A stretch of 64,000 nucleotides of DNA from Octopus bimaculoides. Lineage: Eukaryota. Below, piece after piece: positions 13,047-26,050 of this stretch. Under the pieces are notes generated by a model that was not told the origin of the DNA, ran no database searches, and was given only the letters and a program-made list of their open reading frames with translations. Each line of letters opens with the position of its first letter. Within the stretch, counting starts at the first letter, position 1. The position numbers were made by a program, and so were the translations under genes. Where the stretch lies: NCBI RefSeq assembly GCF_001194135.2, contig NC_068985.1, positions 118,199,515-118,263,514 of the forward strand, given 5' to 3'.

Positions 13047-14211
13047 CTTATTCTTATGTTTGTTTATGTGCACAATTATTCTGTAATGGGTGCTATCAAT
13101 TTAATGGTGAACTTATGTGAAACTTACAGCTCTTGTACCCTGGCTATAGATTTTCATTTGTACCTATCATCATAGATGCATTAGGCTACATAAGTGATTT
13201 GTACAAAAAGCTAGAAATGCTAGGATTTTCTAAGAAAAAGCAAAAAAAAAAAAGAAAAACTGAGATGTATCCTCCAAATTTAGTCTCTTAGTAGTACATT
13301 GAAAATTTGTAAGACATTTCAAAGATTTTGTTTTTGGGATCATTTATTTGAATATATACATGCAATGATGATGTTGATGATTATAACTTGGTTGTGTACA
13401 TCTACAAAGACACCTATGTAAAAAATTTTCATGCAACCCCACCCTAAATACTAGAGAGACACACTTAGGACATAAATGAGGTGCATACACCTATGTACAT
13501 GCATGCACTAACTCAACCATGTATTTACAAACCCCTGGAAAATTTCTTAACCAAAGTCTTGTCAGTTTGTTAGCAACCAGTTTGAAGTACATGAAGAAAT
13601 TAAATCTCAAAGAAAACACATACAGAAACCTTTTCCTTGGATAAACAATGGTGGCACAGAGAAGGGAAACTTGCATGCATGGGCAGCTGGTAATGTTTCT
13701 CAAAAAATCTTGCTCAGGCCTGCATGTGCAGATGCATTGACAATATTGACCAGTGGAGGCCATATGTATATATTCAGTATTTATTATATTATGCAGCTAT
13801 AATAACATTTTATTGACCTAATGATTTAGTGCCCATATTACTTTCCTAGCACTTTCTATAAATAAAGATGCTTTTAGATATAATAATGTTATGTAGCATT
13901 GCTCTTTTATAGAAACCCCATAAAAAGATTGAGTCAACTGTTTACTATGTAAATACTCTCTAACTAAACAACAGAAATGATTTACCCTCTGTATATTATG
14001 TTTTTATATTTCTGTGACTTCTAGTTTTACTGAAGTCAACATGGTTATTTTCTCATTCACTCATCATCTTTAGCAACTGTTTGTAATTATAGTATGTTAC
14101 ATATTTAAAAGACGAGAAGAGTTGTATCTATAGAAATAAGTGATTTTTATTCATGCATCACATTTAGATTTTTGTCTTATTCAATTTTTTTCTTTTTGCT
14201 TTGTTTTTCAG

Positions 14212-14516
14212 AATTCCCTGAAAGAGAACAAGCATTACATTCAATACATTTGGTGTACTAAGAAGAAGAAAAGGAAAAAAAAAACATGGATTACGGAATG
14301 GAAGATGGTGTATTGTTTGTTAGAAAGTCTAAGATATAAATAAAATAATTTCTTTGAACTGTATAAAAAGTAAACTATGAATTTAAAAATCAGCTTAACA
14401 GTTCTGTTGCCAATGAATACAGAATGTCAATGATACGTCACTGGCAGCCTCCTTGAAGTTTGTGTTTTAAGAATTAGAGCAACTATACTTGTATTTATTA
14501 CACATAAACAAACAGC
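14212..14516 (+). other. NDST: Probable 5' UTR part of the first NDST coding exon
   Basis: A long polypyrimidine tract plus acceptor (tttttgctttgtttttcag|) ends at 14211. No transcript evidence is available. Confidence 0.55.
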
Positions 14517-15521
14517 ATGTATAGCAGACGCTGTTTTGTTTGGTTAAAAAATAGCCTTCTCTGGAAAAGTAACTTCCGAAAATGTTCATTGACAAAAATT
14601 CTGATAGCCTTGTTCAGTCTATCTTCATTAAGTTTTCTTGCATATCAATGTCTTATTGATCATTCCCATGTGAAAAGGCATGAAATTCCAGTCTCTACAA
14701 TTGAATGTCGCTTAAATCCTATTAGTGGTGGTATGTTTAGTCCTAGTGATCATTCTTCTAGCAGTAATCATCGCATAGACAACAAAGTTCTTGTCATCGT
14801 GGAAACTCAGTATTCATATCTTGGACAGGATATCATACACTTATTGGAAGCAATACGGGTAAAGTACAAAGTTGAACCCAATGGCAAAACCTTGCCCTAT
14901 TTAACTCATGGAAATAAAGGGAAATACAGTGCTATTATATTTGAAAATTTTGATGCTTATGTTAATATGGATGCTTGGAATAGAGAATTACTTGACAAAT
15001 ACTGTAGGGATTTTAATGTAGGAATTATTTCTTTTGTTGCAAGTCGGGATAATATAGCCTATTCTAAACAAATGAAAGACTTTCCTCTCACAATTTACCA
15101 ATACATGGCAATCGAAGATTACGAACTTAATCCAATGTCAAATATTTGGCGGATCACACGGCCTGGAGAAATAATTCGTGGTCCTTTGAAAGATGATGAG
15201 TGGGTCATTTTCCAGTTTGATCATGCTACTTACAAGCCACTTTCTTATGCCAAACTGTCAAGGAATTACGGACGCTATATTGAACTTTCTGGTAATACTG
15301 TCTTTCCAGCTATCCAAGATTTGGGATTGCTGGATGGAATACAGAAAGTTATTTTTGGAAATGGATTGAGGTTTTGGCTCCATTGCCTTGTGTTTCTTGA
15401 TAGTTTATCTTATCTTTCTCATGGAAAGCTGAGTTTACCTTTAGATCGTTATGTTCTTATTGACATTGATGATGTATTTGTTGGAGCTGCTGGCAAACGG
15501 ATGAAAGTATCTGATGTTCAT
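14517..15521 (+). CDS. NDST: NDST (bifunctional heparan sulfate N-deacetylase/N-sulfotransferase), first coding exon, 335 codons
   Basis: The ORF MYSRR... has a short basic N-terminus and a hydrophobic type II anchor (ILIALFSLSSLSFLAY). It carries NDST-family segments (KVLVIVETQYSYLGQDI, LPYLTHGNKGKY, WELLDKYC-like NRELLDKYCRDFNVGII, LSYLSHGKLSLPLDRYVLIDIDDVFVG). Homology ends at MKVSDVH, followed by the donor CAT|GTGAGT at 15522 (phase 0). The ORF-track tail to 15563 is intron read-through. Confidence 0.96.
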
Positions 15522-16776
15522 GTGAGTATATCAACCTATTCTTTTGTTGGTTTTAATCATTGAACTGTGGCAGTGCTGGGATGTGGCCTTCAAGGGTTTT
15601 AATTGATCATATCAATCCCCTGTTTTTATTTTGCACTGGTACTTATTTTATCAAACCACTGATTTATGGGACCTAAAGGGACATAAAAATAATCACAATA
15701 TCACTTTTAAGCAGCATAAACAGATGGGTTTCAGTACATTTCTGTTTTCCAAATTAAACCCACAAAGCATTGGCTGGTTTGGGGCAATAGTAGAAGACAT
15801 ATATGTTCAAGTGCAGTACTGCAGAATTGAACCTGAAATCACATGGTTGCAAAGCAAACTTCTTAGCTACACAGCGATGGGGGTGATGCCTATATTAATT
15901 CTTATTTTATTAACTATAATATATACATTTTTTTTTTTTTACTTATACTTCTTACACTGAAATGTGTATATGTTAGACCGATAGCCAAAAATGTTGTTTA
16001 TGAGATCAGGAAAAACAGGGGAGTAGGTGAATATGTTATAAAATGTAATTTTGCTCCTGTCGATTCTGACTCAAATCTTGGAAGAATCAATTAATATCAA
16101 TAATATGTTAGAACCTGACTCAATGAACTACACTCCTTTACTAAAACAATTAGCTTTGTGCATTGTTCTAAAACCAATAGAGGCCCTCTATACAGTTACT
16201 GAACTGGCTAGAAATGTCTGACAAATCTTCCTCAAACAACATCCTACTTCTTTAAAGAAAAAGCGGACACAATGGATAATATAGTCCCTGATATAAAAAA
16301 AAAAAAAGAGAAAAGCTAGGATGGTTATATGTTGGTAGATTGGCAGAGTTGTTAGAACTTTGGGTTGAATTCCTCGTGGTATTTGTTTTGACTCTATGTT
16401 CTGAGTTCAAGTCCCACCAAGGTGAACTTCATCTTTCATACTTGTGGGATCATTAAAAAAAAAAAAAAGGATCAATTCAAGGTTGTAGATTGGTAGAACT
16501 ATTAGAAAATCTTGCAAGATACCTTGAGATATTTGTTCCAGTTCTTTGCATTCTGGCAACAACACCTGCAATGACAGTGGTACCAAGTTGAATCAGCCGA
16601 AAGTTGACAGCCTTTTCCATGGATAATCATTGGCGGCATGGAAAGGGGCAACTTGTGTGCATGCCCAACTGCAAGTCTTACTCAAAACAAATTTTGTGCA
16701 GCCTTATGTGCATATGTGTGTGTAAATTGAATTCCCTTTTACAGCATGTCATTCAAATATGGAGATGTTCAGCTCT

Positions 16777-17138
16777 TTTACTCTTTTATTGTTTGTCATT
16801 TGACTGGCCATGCTGGAGCACTGCCTTTAATTGAATAAATTGACCCCAGGACTTATTCTTTGTAAGTCTAGTACTTATTCTATTGATCTCATGTTGAACC
16901 ACTAAGTTATGGGTATGTAAACACACCAACATTAGTTGTCACGCGATTGTGAGGGACAAACACAAACATATATATATATATATATATATATACATACACA
17001 CAACAGGCTTCTTTAAGTTTCCGTCTATCAAATCCACTCACGTGGTTTTGGTTGGCTCAAGGCTATAGTAGACACTTGCCCAAGGTGCCATGCAGTGGTA
17101 CTGAACCCGGAACCATATGGTTGGGAAGCAAGCTTCTT
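16777..17138 (-). mobile_element. SINE family A copy
   Basis: Collinear with 3703-4260. Confidence 0.8.
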
Positions 17139-17149
17139 ATTTCTTTACT

Positions 17150-17359
17150 GCCCACAAGGGGCTACACAGAGGGGACAAACAAGGACAGACAAACGGATTA
17201 AGTTGATTATATCAACCCCAGTGTGTAACTGGTATTTATTTAATTGTCCCCGAAAGGATGAAAGGCAAAGTCAACCTCAGCAGAATTTGAACTCCGAACG
17301 TAACGGCAGATGAAACACCGCTAAGCATTTCGTCCGGTGTGCTAACGATTCTGCCAGCT
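17150..17359 (-). mobile_element. tRNA-derived SINE family B
   Basis: Minus strand agctggcagaatcgttagc...gagttcaaattc...ttgcctttcatcctttcggg. Confidence 0.8.
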
Positions 17360-17409
17360 GTGCCTATGTTGTTAGCGTAGTGAAAACAATTTAGATCTGA
17401 TGGTATTAA

Positions 17410-18070
17410 ATGATGATGATCATCATCATTTAACATCTACTTTTCATGCTGGTATGGCCTGGATAGTTTGACAGGAGCTGGTGAGTCAGAAGACTGTGCC
17501 AAGCTTGACTGTCTGCTGTGGCATGGTTTCTATGGCTGGACGCCCTTTCTAGCACCAGTGACTTTACAGAATATATTGGGTTTATATATTGGCTAATAAC
17601 TTACATGGCAAGACCTCTTAACTGAGGAGGGAGTAGTTTTGAGGGAAGTGGCTTTGTGCCAGTTGATGAGAGGGATAGAGGGATAGAAATAAGTGTCTTC
17701 CAGGAAAGTAGATACAGGGCTACCTAAGAAGGAGAGAGAGCAAAAGTAGAGAAAATGGTGAAGATGTGGTGGTAGGGAGTACATTCAAGTTACTGGGAGG
17801 TGTATATAAGTGAAGTGGAACCAAAGATTGGATAGGATGAGTGGATATGAAACTTTGCAAGATTGGTGGCGAGTAGGAGGAAGGGATGTAGTGAATGGAC
17901 ACAAATAGAGGGAGGTGGTGTTAGGAGGATATCTTGTGGAGAAGAGATTCAACAAAGATATGTTGCATGCAGGTGGGTTCATGAGGGTGGAAAGGGAAAG
18001 TCGGAGATAGAGTGGAGGGGGAATACAGCAAGTTGTGAACTCAGGTGGGGGATGGGGGAAGTGTTAAGAA
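17410..18070 (-). mobile_element. Old RTE 3' UTR copy
   Basis: catcatcatttaacatc...ggctggacgccctttct 3' end plus a GA-rich tract, homologous to the 19145 copy. Confidence 0.7.
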
Positions 18071-19144
18071 GATGGGTTGTGAGAGAAAGGTTTGTCATGA
18101 AACAGTGTTTTTACAAAATTGTTTTGTCATTTCATTTGGTTAATAAATTAGATTGTCAAAATCTGTTTTAGTTACATATTCCCACCACCACACACTTGTG
18201 TAAATTGGCATTTGTAATTACTGATATTTTCCCTGCTGGTCTATTTGTATTAAAAAAAAGAAAAGAAAAAGTTTGATGTATAGGGCAGAATTACAGTAAA
18301 TTGGCCAAAATTTTACAAGATTCTGAGTAGTTAGATCGAATAAATTCTAATGGCAATTTAAATAATGTTAAGAAAATATTTTAATGAATTAGACATTAGT
18401 TAAGTGTCTCAATCAACATCCAAACATATGTTTAAAAAGAAGCAGATTTCTAAAATCTAATTAAAGCTAATTTGTATATAAAAGAAGTTGCTAATTAGAT
18501 TTAAAGAATGTCTTTTCATTGGCTCCTTTTCTTATTTTTCACCTATTTCTTTACACTTGTTTCTTTTCTGCAGTTTTTTTAATGAGTTTTTTTCATATGT
18601 TTTCTATATGGTTAAGGTTTTGAAAAATATGTCAAGTGTAAGAATCTACATAACTACTCCATTTGTGCAAGCATATAAAAACAACCCCAAATTCTTTGAT
18701 GTGTATAAGTTCTTTCGTAAACATATGCGTTAAATCTAACTAATTAACCTTGTGTTATTTTTCATCACCACTACTGAAACTAGAGAAAAAAATAAACATG
18801 TCTCAAAAAAAAAAAAAAAATCTTGGAAGTAATGATAAATGTATGGTTATATTAAGGTGTTTGCTTTGCAAATAAGTGGTTTTGCTATTTGATGCTACTT
18901 CATGGCAACTTGGGCAAGTATCTTTTACTTTGAGTTGATCAATAATACTTTGAGGGAAATTTGGTTTGATGAAAACTGAACAGAAGCCCACCGTTTTGTG
19001 TATATATCTTCTGTGTGAGAGCATGCATGTAAGTATGTTTGTCTCTGCATCTCTTTGCATAGATACCATTTGGGCATCAGTTATGAAGACCAATGGAATA
19101 ATGTACCTTACTTGAAAGTAAGGGTTGGCATTAAAAAGGATATC

Positions 19145-20090
19145 TACCTCATCGTCATCATCACCATTTAATGTTTAGTTTCTATGTTGGCATGAGTTGT
19201 ACAATTTGACAGGAACTGGCTGGCTGGAGAGCTGCACCAGGTTTCAATTGTCTGTTTTGGCATGGTTTCTACAACTAGATACCCTTCCTAATACCATCCA
19301 CTTTACAGTGTTACTGGGTGCTTTTTATATAGTGCCAGCATGGGAGCTTTTTATATGGCACCAACACTGGTGCCTTTTGTGTGACTTTGTACATGGTGAC
19401 AGCATAGGTGCCTTGCACATGGCACTGGCATGAGTGCTTTTAACATGAAACTAGCACCAGCAGAGTCACCAAGTAGTTTGCAAGAGAAAGACCCCTCAAC
19501 TGAGAAAGGGAGTGGAACCAAGAGAAATGGCTGTGTGTCAATGAGAGGTTGGAGTTTGATAGAGAGACGGGGATAGCTATCATATTATACAGTAGGACAA
19601 GGGAGGATATGGGGATGGGAGAAAGTTAGATAGATAGATGGAGAGAGAGAGAGAGGGGGGATATCCACAGAACAGTAGGGGTGGGAGTAAAAGTAGTACT
19701 GAGGAGACAGATGTTCCATAAGAGTGTGAGGAGAAACATTTAGAAATAATAAATGATGGTGAGAGAAATTGGAGTGGCTGGAAGATGGGTATGTATATGA
19801 GGGAGAGTGGAGGGGCCTGCAGTGGGTGGTGGGAGTGTAGGTGAGATGGGTTGTGGGGGAGTTTTGCTAGATGGCAGAATTATGTGCGGGTAAGGAGTGG
19901 TGGTATGGCCATAAAGGACATGCCTACATATATGGATGGCTATTATTTTATTTAGCTAAATGTGTCTTTTCAATCATAGCAAATTGCCAGAAGCCTTGTC
20001 ATCTCTGTGAGGCTCAACATCTGAAGATCATTTCTCACCATTCACCCCATGTCTTCCTGGGTCTTCCGCTTCCACAATTAGAGATCAGCA
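19145..20090 (-). mobile_element. Old RTE 3' end (ORF terminus, purine-rich tract on +, minisatellite, tail)
   Basis: Minus-strand CGSGRPRKTWGE at about 20050-20085. The 3' UTR is homologous to 12140-13046. Confidence 0.75.
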
Positions 20091-20315
20091 CTTTATGCAG
20101 ATGTCCTCAACCCATGCCTGCATGGAAAAAAGTAGATCTAAAAACAATGATAATGAACAATGTAAGCTGTGGGGAATTACATATTATCAGTTGCTAAGTG
20201 ACTGCAATAGTTTAGGTACCTTCTAAAGGGGTGGGGTTAGAGAGAGGTAGGGTGATGTAAAGTGATGTAGCAGTAAGGTGGGTTTGACAGAGACTGTGTG
20301 TGTGTATGTATATAT

Positions 20316-20614
20316 CATCATCATCATCATCGTTGTCGTTTAATGTCCGCTTTCCATGCTAGCATGGGTTGGACGGTTTGACTGAGGACTGGCAAGCCGG
20401 AAGGCTGCACCAGGGTCCAATATGATCTGGCAGAGTTTCTACAGCTGGATTCCCTTCCTAACGCCAACCACTCCGACAGTGTAGTGTGTGCTTTTACGTG
20501 CCACCGGCATGAGGGCCAGTCAGGCGGTACTGGCAACGGCCACGCTCACTGGCAATAACCTTGCTCAAATGTTTTTTTTTCACATGCCACCAGCACAAGT
20601 GCCAGTAAGGCGAC
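20316..20614 (-). mobile_element. Young RTE-family 3' fragment (SINE-like), about 300 bp
   Basis: (CAT)n tail, ccatgctagcatgg hairpin and cccttcctaacgccaacc. Both flanks are TA runs. Confidence 0.85.
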
Positions 20615-20645
<31 letters not shown>

Positions 20646-20719
20646 CATAACAGCTTCTTACATACTACTCTTATGTTAGGGCATGTCTCACTCTGGCTGG
20701 GATGGTCTTATGTAGCACC

Positions 20720-21300
20720 ACATATCACCATTTAGTACAGTTGTTTATTTTTTGCATCAGATGCAGCATCCTCAGGTCAGCCTTCACCATTTGCCTCATT
20801 TTTTTGTCAGTCTCCTTCTTTCACTGATTCTGCTGACTTGGTGTGCTTGGGAATTTCTGTATGCAGCAGTTATCTTCCATATGCATGATATGCCCATACC
20901 AGCCCAACAGCCTCACTTGCACACTGCACCTGATATTTCTCTAAGCCTATTTGTACTCTGATATTCATGCGCACTAATATTACACATTCATTTGAACATG
21001 CTAGCTTTAATTCTTTCTAGACTTTGTAAGTCTTCTGCATTTATGGTTCACAACTTGCAGCATTGCAATTCTAGTACATGCATCATATTTATTCTAGCAC
21101 TAGCATCACACAATTTACTCTTTACTCTGAGGGAAAAGATCTTTGTTGCCAGCAGTGGTAATAGCTCTCTGAACTTTTTTAAACCTGTTCTTACTCTGGA
21201 TTCTATACTTTCAGAAGTAATGACCTCCCTTGTTAATTATATTTCTTGAGTAACAAAGTTATCAACTACTTCTAGTGAGCCATAATTCAAGCATTTATGA
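20720..21300 (-). mobile_element. Degenerate RTE RT fragment
   Basis: The minus strand gives GSLEVVDNF...SRVRTGLKKFRELLPLLATKIFSLRVKSKL...INAEDLQSLER. Confidence 0.8.
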
Positions 21301-22418
21301 GAATTTGTTTCTGGTGTGCTCTGAGTATGAATTGCTCCAGTGCATCTGTCACTCTATAGAAAAGTTGCATGATAGAAATGCAAAGATCATATGTTACTGA
21401 AAATAGTCGCCGTAGTCGAGCATCAAGATTAAATTTATATGATAATACAGAATAGCAGCATCTAGATTTTCATAAAGATTTCTATCAACATTGGTAAATT
21501 TGATGTTAAAATTTCACTAGTGAGCGAAATAGTTACTTTTTATTTACTATTAATTATTCTGGAAAAATTGTAATTGTTAGTTTTTTTCTAATTTATTTAA
21601 TCAATTTCATTGAGTAAAATCACATTAGCTTCTTGTGTTTTTAGCTAGATATGTAGTAGTGTACTCATAACTAGGTCCATAAACATGTGTCAGAGTGCTC
21701 AATTTGGGGATTTTATTGCGTAACCACCACCAAAAGACACTAACTTATCATCTCTAAGTTGATTTTTTAAAACTTTTTGTTGCCTTTTCAAAATGTTATT
21801 TATTAAGCTGTTTCATTAGATATTACAAACTTTTGACTAATTTTTATGAGACAACTGTATCTCTACTAATGCTACTTAATGTATAGCTTAAGCTAGGCTT
21901 TACCTAAATGTTATGATTTAATTATATAGCTAATAAAATCTCTACCAAAGAAAATTATGTTGATGCGTTATGAAGAATGAGTGTCACATTTTATCTTTCT
22001 CTGTCTGTTTGCGTGTATGTCTCTCTCTTTCTCTCCCCCCTCTCTCTCTGTATTGCTTTCTATCTCTTTTAACTTCTCAGCCCTAGGCAGTCATTGCTAG
22101 CATACATTCAGTTTTAGTATTGAAAATATTTCACTGAGATATACCTTTGAAATTATATATTTTTTACTACATGCAATTTCATTGTGTGCTTTTGTGCATT
22201 CACTGAGAAAGAATTCATTGATTGCTTTTTCTGAAATTTTTTACTTGTGTTGATCCAAGTTTTGTAGACATCTTCATGTTAGCTTGCCATATTTTTTTCT
22301 CTTCAGTAGTGCTCCACTTTCAGAATTTAATATTAAAAATAAAATTCTGAAAGGGTGATATAGGAATAAATATTCCTGAAATATAACAAGAATATTTCTT
22401 TGTACAAAGTTTAGTTAA

Positions 22419-22636
22419 CACTTTAGCATTTAAACTGGCCATGTCCAGCCAAAGTAATCTACCTGTTTTATCTTCAAGCTGACCAGATCTGGCCTCTTGT
22501 ACCTACCCTGCAATGTCATTTTAAAAATAAACCATCACATCATTGAAGTCTCAAAGCTATGAGATAAAGCATGACTAATTCAAATTAATGAGAATGTACA
22601 AACATTACATTTGACAGAATTCTAAATGCTAAAAGG
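22419..22636 (+). mobile_element. TTAA-flanked (piggyBac-type) MITE
   Basis: TTAA|cactttagcatt ... aatgctaaaagg|TTAA. The internal sequence is shared with copies at 31652 and 62213. Confidence 0.78.
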
Positions 22637-23599
22637 TTAATGCTTCAATGAAATGGAATCATTCAATTTCTGAGCAATAATAATAATATATAAAATGACT
22701 TAAATGAAATGACACTTAAGAAAGTAAAGCAAGGTAACTATTTCATATTCTTTCTTGAAGTACATAAATGCTTTTTATATAACCAACCACTGAAGTACGA
22801 AGTAGGTGTGAACCTGGTTTGTCGGTCAGGTTAACAGAAAGGCTTACAATGACTTGTAAGAACTTCTGTACATGTAGTCAGTAGTACACTAACTTTCATT
22901 TGCATAACCATTGTGCAAATAGTTGTACATCTGTTGGATTGGAGGGTCAGCATTATATTTTCTCACTAGAAATTTCTGTTTTATCAGGTCTTTTGAAAGA
23001 CCTGATTTGTCTGATTGTTAAATTTAAATTCTTGTCCTTCGTATTTAAATATTAAATAGCCTAAAACCACTATCATCAACTATCCAATATTATTCCTATA
23101 ATGAAGACAAAATAGATTAGTTTGTGAATCTTTATGATACATGAAAATACCTGTATCAAACTTTGTCATTATCCAGGAACACAAAAATTTTGCCATTTAG
23201 CTATTTCATCTGTTTTTAGAAATGAATATTAAAATGTTTGATAGGAACAATTTTCAGTTAGTCATAATGAATTTTTCTAGCTCTCTCTTTGTAAGGAAAA
23301 TTTGTTTTCTACTATAATGGAGCTACTGGGCATTATGAAAACTATTGCTGATTCTAGTATTGTAACTTTTATTGCCATACATTCTTGCAAGCATGGCTAT
23401 GTCATTAAGGCAGTTGAATCATGATCACTTGATTCCAGGTTGAACCCTATGTGCAGCACCTTGGGATAGTGTCTTTACTGTAGCCATTGGTTGACCCAAG
23501 CCTTGTTAATAAAATTGACTACATAGAAAACTGTATGAAAGTTTGTTGTACTGTACCTGTTCTTGAGTGGTAGATCTAATCTGTCACCCAGTTTAACAC

Positions 23600-26050
23600 C
23601 ACCATTTGGGCTGAATGGGAGCAATTGTGTTTTAAGGACGTTGTAGGATTCTGTTGTGTCAAATATGTGTCTAGGTGTTTGAAAGTATTTTTCAGGTAGT
23701 GGAAGGGAATGTGAATGTTGCTGCAGTAACAAACTGTATCTCTTGCATGTCCAGTAGGTCTTTCAATTTTAATGTTGTTGTTCCTCTGTGTATAACCTGT
23801 TATATGTAGTGTATTGTTTTGTGTTATTTGTAGTTTACTGTGGTGAGATTGGGGTTCCTAGTAGGACTGACATTTTCCATGATGGATAAAGCATATTGTA
23901 TGTACACCATAATTGTCCTTTTTGTCTGTTAGCCAAATGTAGTAACTGTGATTGCTTTAAGTATGCTTGCATTATTTTGCTGTGTTGTGGAGTTGTAAGA
24001 GGAGACAGTGTATTTAGTAGGTGCTACTTAATTTGTTGTGGAGCTATGTTTTAAGCTGATTTAAATAGTGTCAGAGTAGTTGCAGTGTTTGGAGAACAGT
24101 GGGAAGATGTGTGTGTGATGTCATTTGCACATAGGTGCAGTGATTCATTCAGGCTGAAGTTGTTCTAGATGTGTGTTTGTGGTTTTGTCTGGCATGGAGA
24201 TTTTTGTGTATTTAGATTTCCCAGTTACTTTCGAGTGTTGGAAAGGAGGAGTCAGAATCATTTTCTGGGTGGAAAATGTATATATATTTTTTAATTTTGT
24301 GCTCCTGTTTTTTCCGTGTGATTTTTAAAAGGTGATTTACAAGAAATATCTGATGAGTGTTTGCTTGATGTCATAGTGTAGTTATTATTATTAATGGTTG
24401 TTGTGATATGGGTGTGATATGTTATATTGTTGATGATGCTAATTACTCTCTGAGTGGTTGGCGTTAGGAAGGGCATCCAGCTGTAGAAACTGCCAAATCA
24501 GATTGGAGCCTGGTGTTGCCATCCGGTTTCACCAGTCCTCAGTCAAATCGTCCAACCCATGCTAGCATGGAAAGCGGACGTTAAACAATGATGATGATGA
24601 TGATGATGATTTTATCGTTTGTATTGTGCTTTATATTGGACAAATGTTTGCCAACTTTTCTTGTTTCTGTGGTATATTTATTGCTGTTTCCTTTTTTAGC
24701 TTTTGATGCTAAGTTTTATTTCAGTTGTATGTAGCTTTTCGTGTATTGTGTCTGAGGTTGTCTATAGTTTTTATGAGGTTGGCTATTCCTGGTATGTTAC
24801 CTTGTCAGATATGTTTCTTTAGATGCAGCTATAATTACATTAATAATATAATTATTATTATATTTTTAGATGCATCTATAATTATTATTAATTATCTGTC
24901 TTGGTGAAACTTAATTCTGTTTTCTAGTGGAATGAATTCCATTGTACTTTTTCATATTTATTTATTTTGATAAAGTGTTTTTGTTTTGTTCTTTGATATA
25001 TTGTGTTGATAATTGATAGATGTTGTGAGGTAAGTTTAAGCATTGTTTGCCTGGTGGTTGTGATGGCTGGTATGTCGATCAAAATGTGATGTCTGGGGAA
25101 AAGTTGCTGTAACTTGCTTGGTATTGAATGTGGGTGTGACAGTGTGGATTGTTTAGGGCCTAAAGGGGGTTTGATTGTGTAGGAGGTTCATTGAAGTGTC
25201 TCCTAATGATGGTATTGGTAAGGTTAGTTATGGTGTGTGTGTGTGTTTATTTATTGGCCTTAATCTTGCAAATTTTATCTTGAAAGCTTGCCTTTCTAGT
25301 ATAGTGTTGTTTCCTATTAACTTAGAAATGCCATTTGTGATTCGACCACACCCTGCTGTAAAAAGTTCTATCTTTCTACATTTGGTTATAATTAGAAATG
25401 GTAACTGTTCTGATAGTAAGAATATTTCCCTAATTTTTATTATGTGAATGTTGTGATGATAATTTTTTTAGTTTCATAAAGGTATTAAGGCTGCTAGTTT
25501 TGTATGCCAGACTTTAGAAAATTTTTTGTGTCCTTGTTTACAAAGTTGATTTTTGTGTGAAGTATTTCTTTCTAAATCTGTTTTGTGCAAACCTGCAATG
25601 CTTGGAAAGGATAAAACAATGGTACTTCCTGTTCTTATCATTGTTACTATCACTGTTTGCATTTTACTGGATCATTTGTAAATGTTAATGTGTTCTTTTC
25701 AAAGGTGTGGATTGTGTTTTGAGAGAGAAGTACCTTTGTGAGCTCATTGTTTATGTGAATATTGTGAAGACTTTGAAAGATACCTTTATAGGGTGTTTTA
25801 GGGCTTCATGCAAATTCATGGCTACTTTCATTTTATGATAGCATCTGTATATGTGAGAAATATTTCTTCTGTCAAATTCTGTTTGACTAGCTTTTTAGCT
25901 ATGTTTCTGTTGTTAGACTTCTCTGGTACATTATATTTAATATGGAATTTATCCCATATATTTACTAATCTTTTAAGATAGTAGCTAAGTATTTTAAGAT
26001 TTGATTGCAGTTTCTTGCAGATCAAATAAATGCATAGAGGCTTTTTCGTA
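23600..26050 (-). mobile_element. Highly decayed I-group-like LINE relic, interrupted by the 24445 insertion
   Basis: The minus strand is A/C-rich and translates near 23964-23800 as ILKAITVTTFG*QTKRTIMVY...SI..VSP...PNLTTVNYK. This resembles the ILKALAGTTWG.QKETL..Y...SI..YA.P.W.PNL..TNY motif after I-group RT domains. The 24900-26050 part is unassigned (possibly ORF1). Confidence 0.5.
24445..24610 (+). mobile_element. Young RTE-family 3' tail
   Basis: Near-identical to 32188-32340, with a (GAT)n tail. Confidence 0.85.

Noticed and set aside
15522-15563. C-terminal VSISTYSFVGFNH of the 348-aa ORF
   Set aside because: It is read-through past the GTGAGT donor. NDST homology resumes in exon 2.
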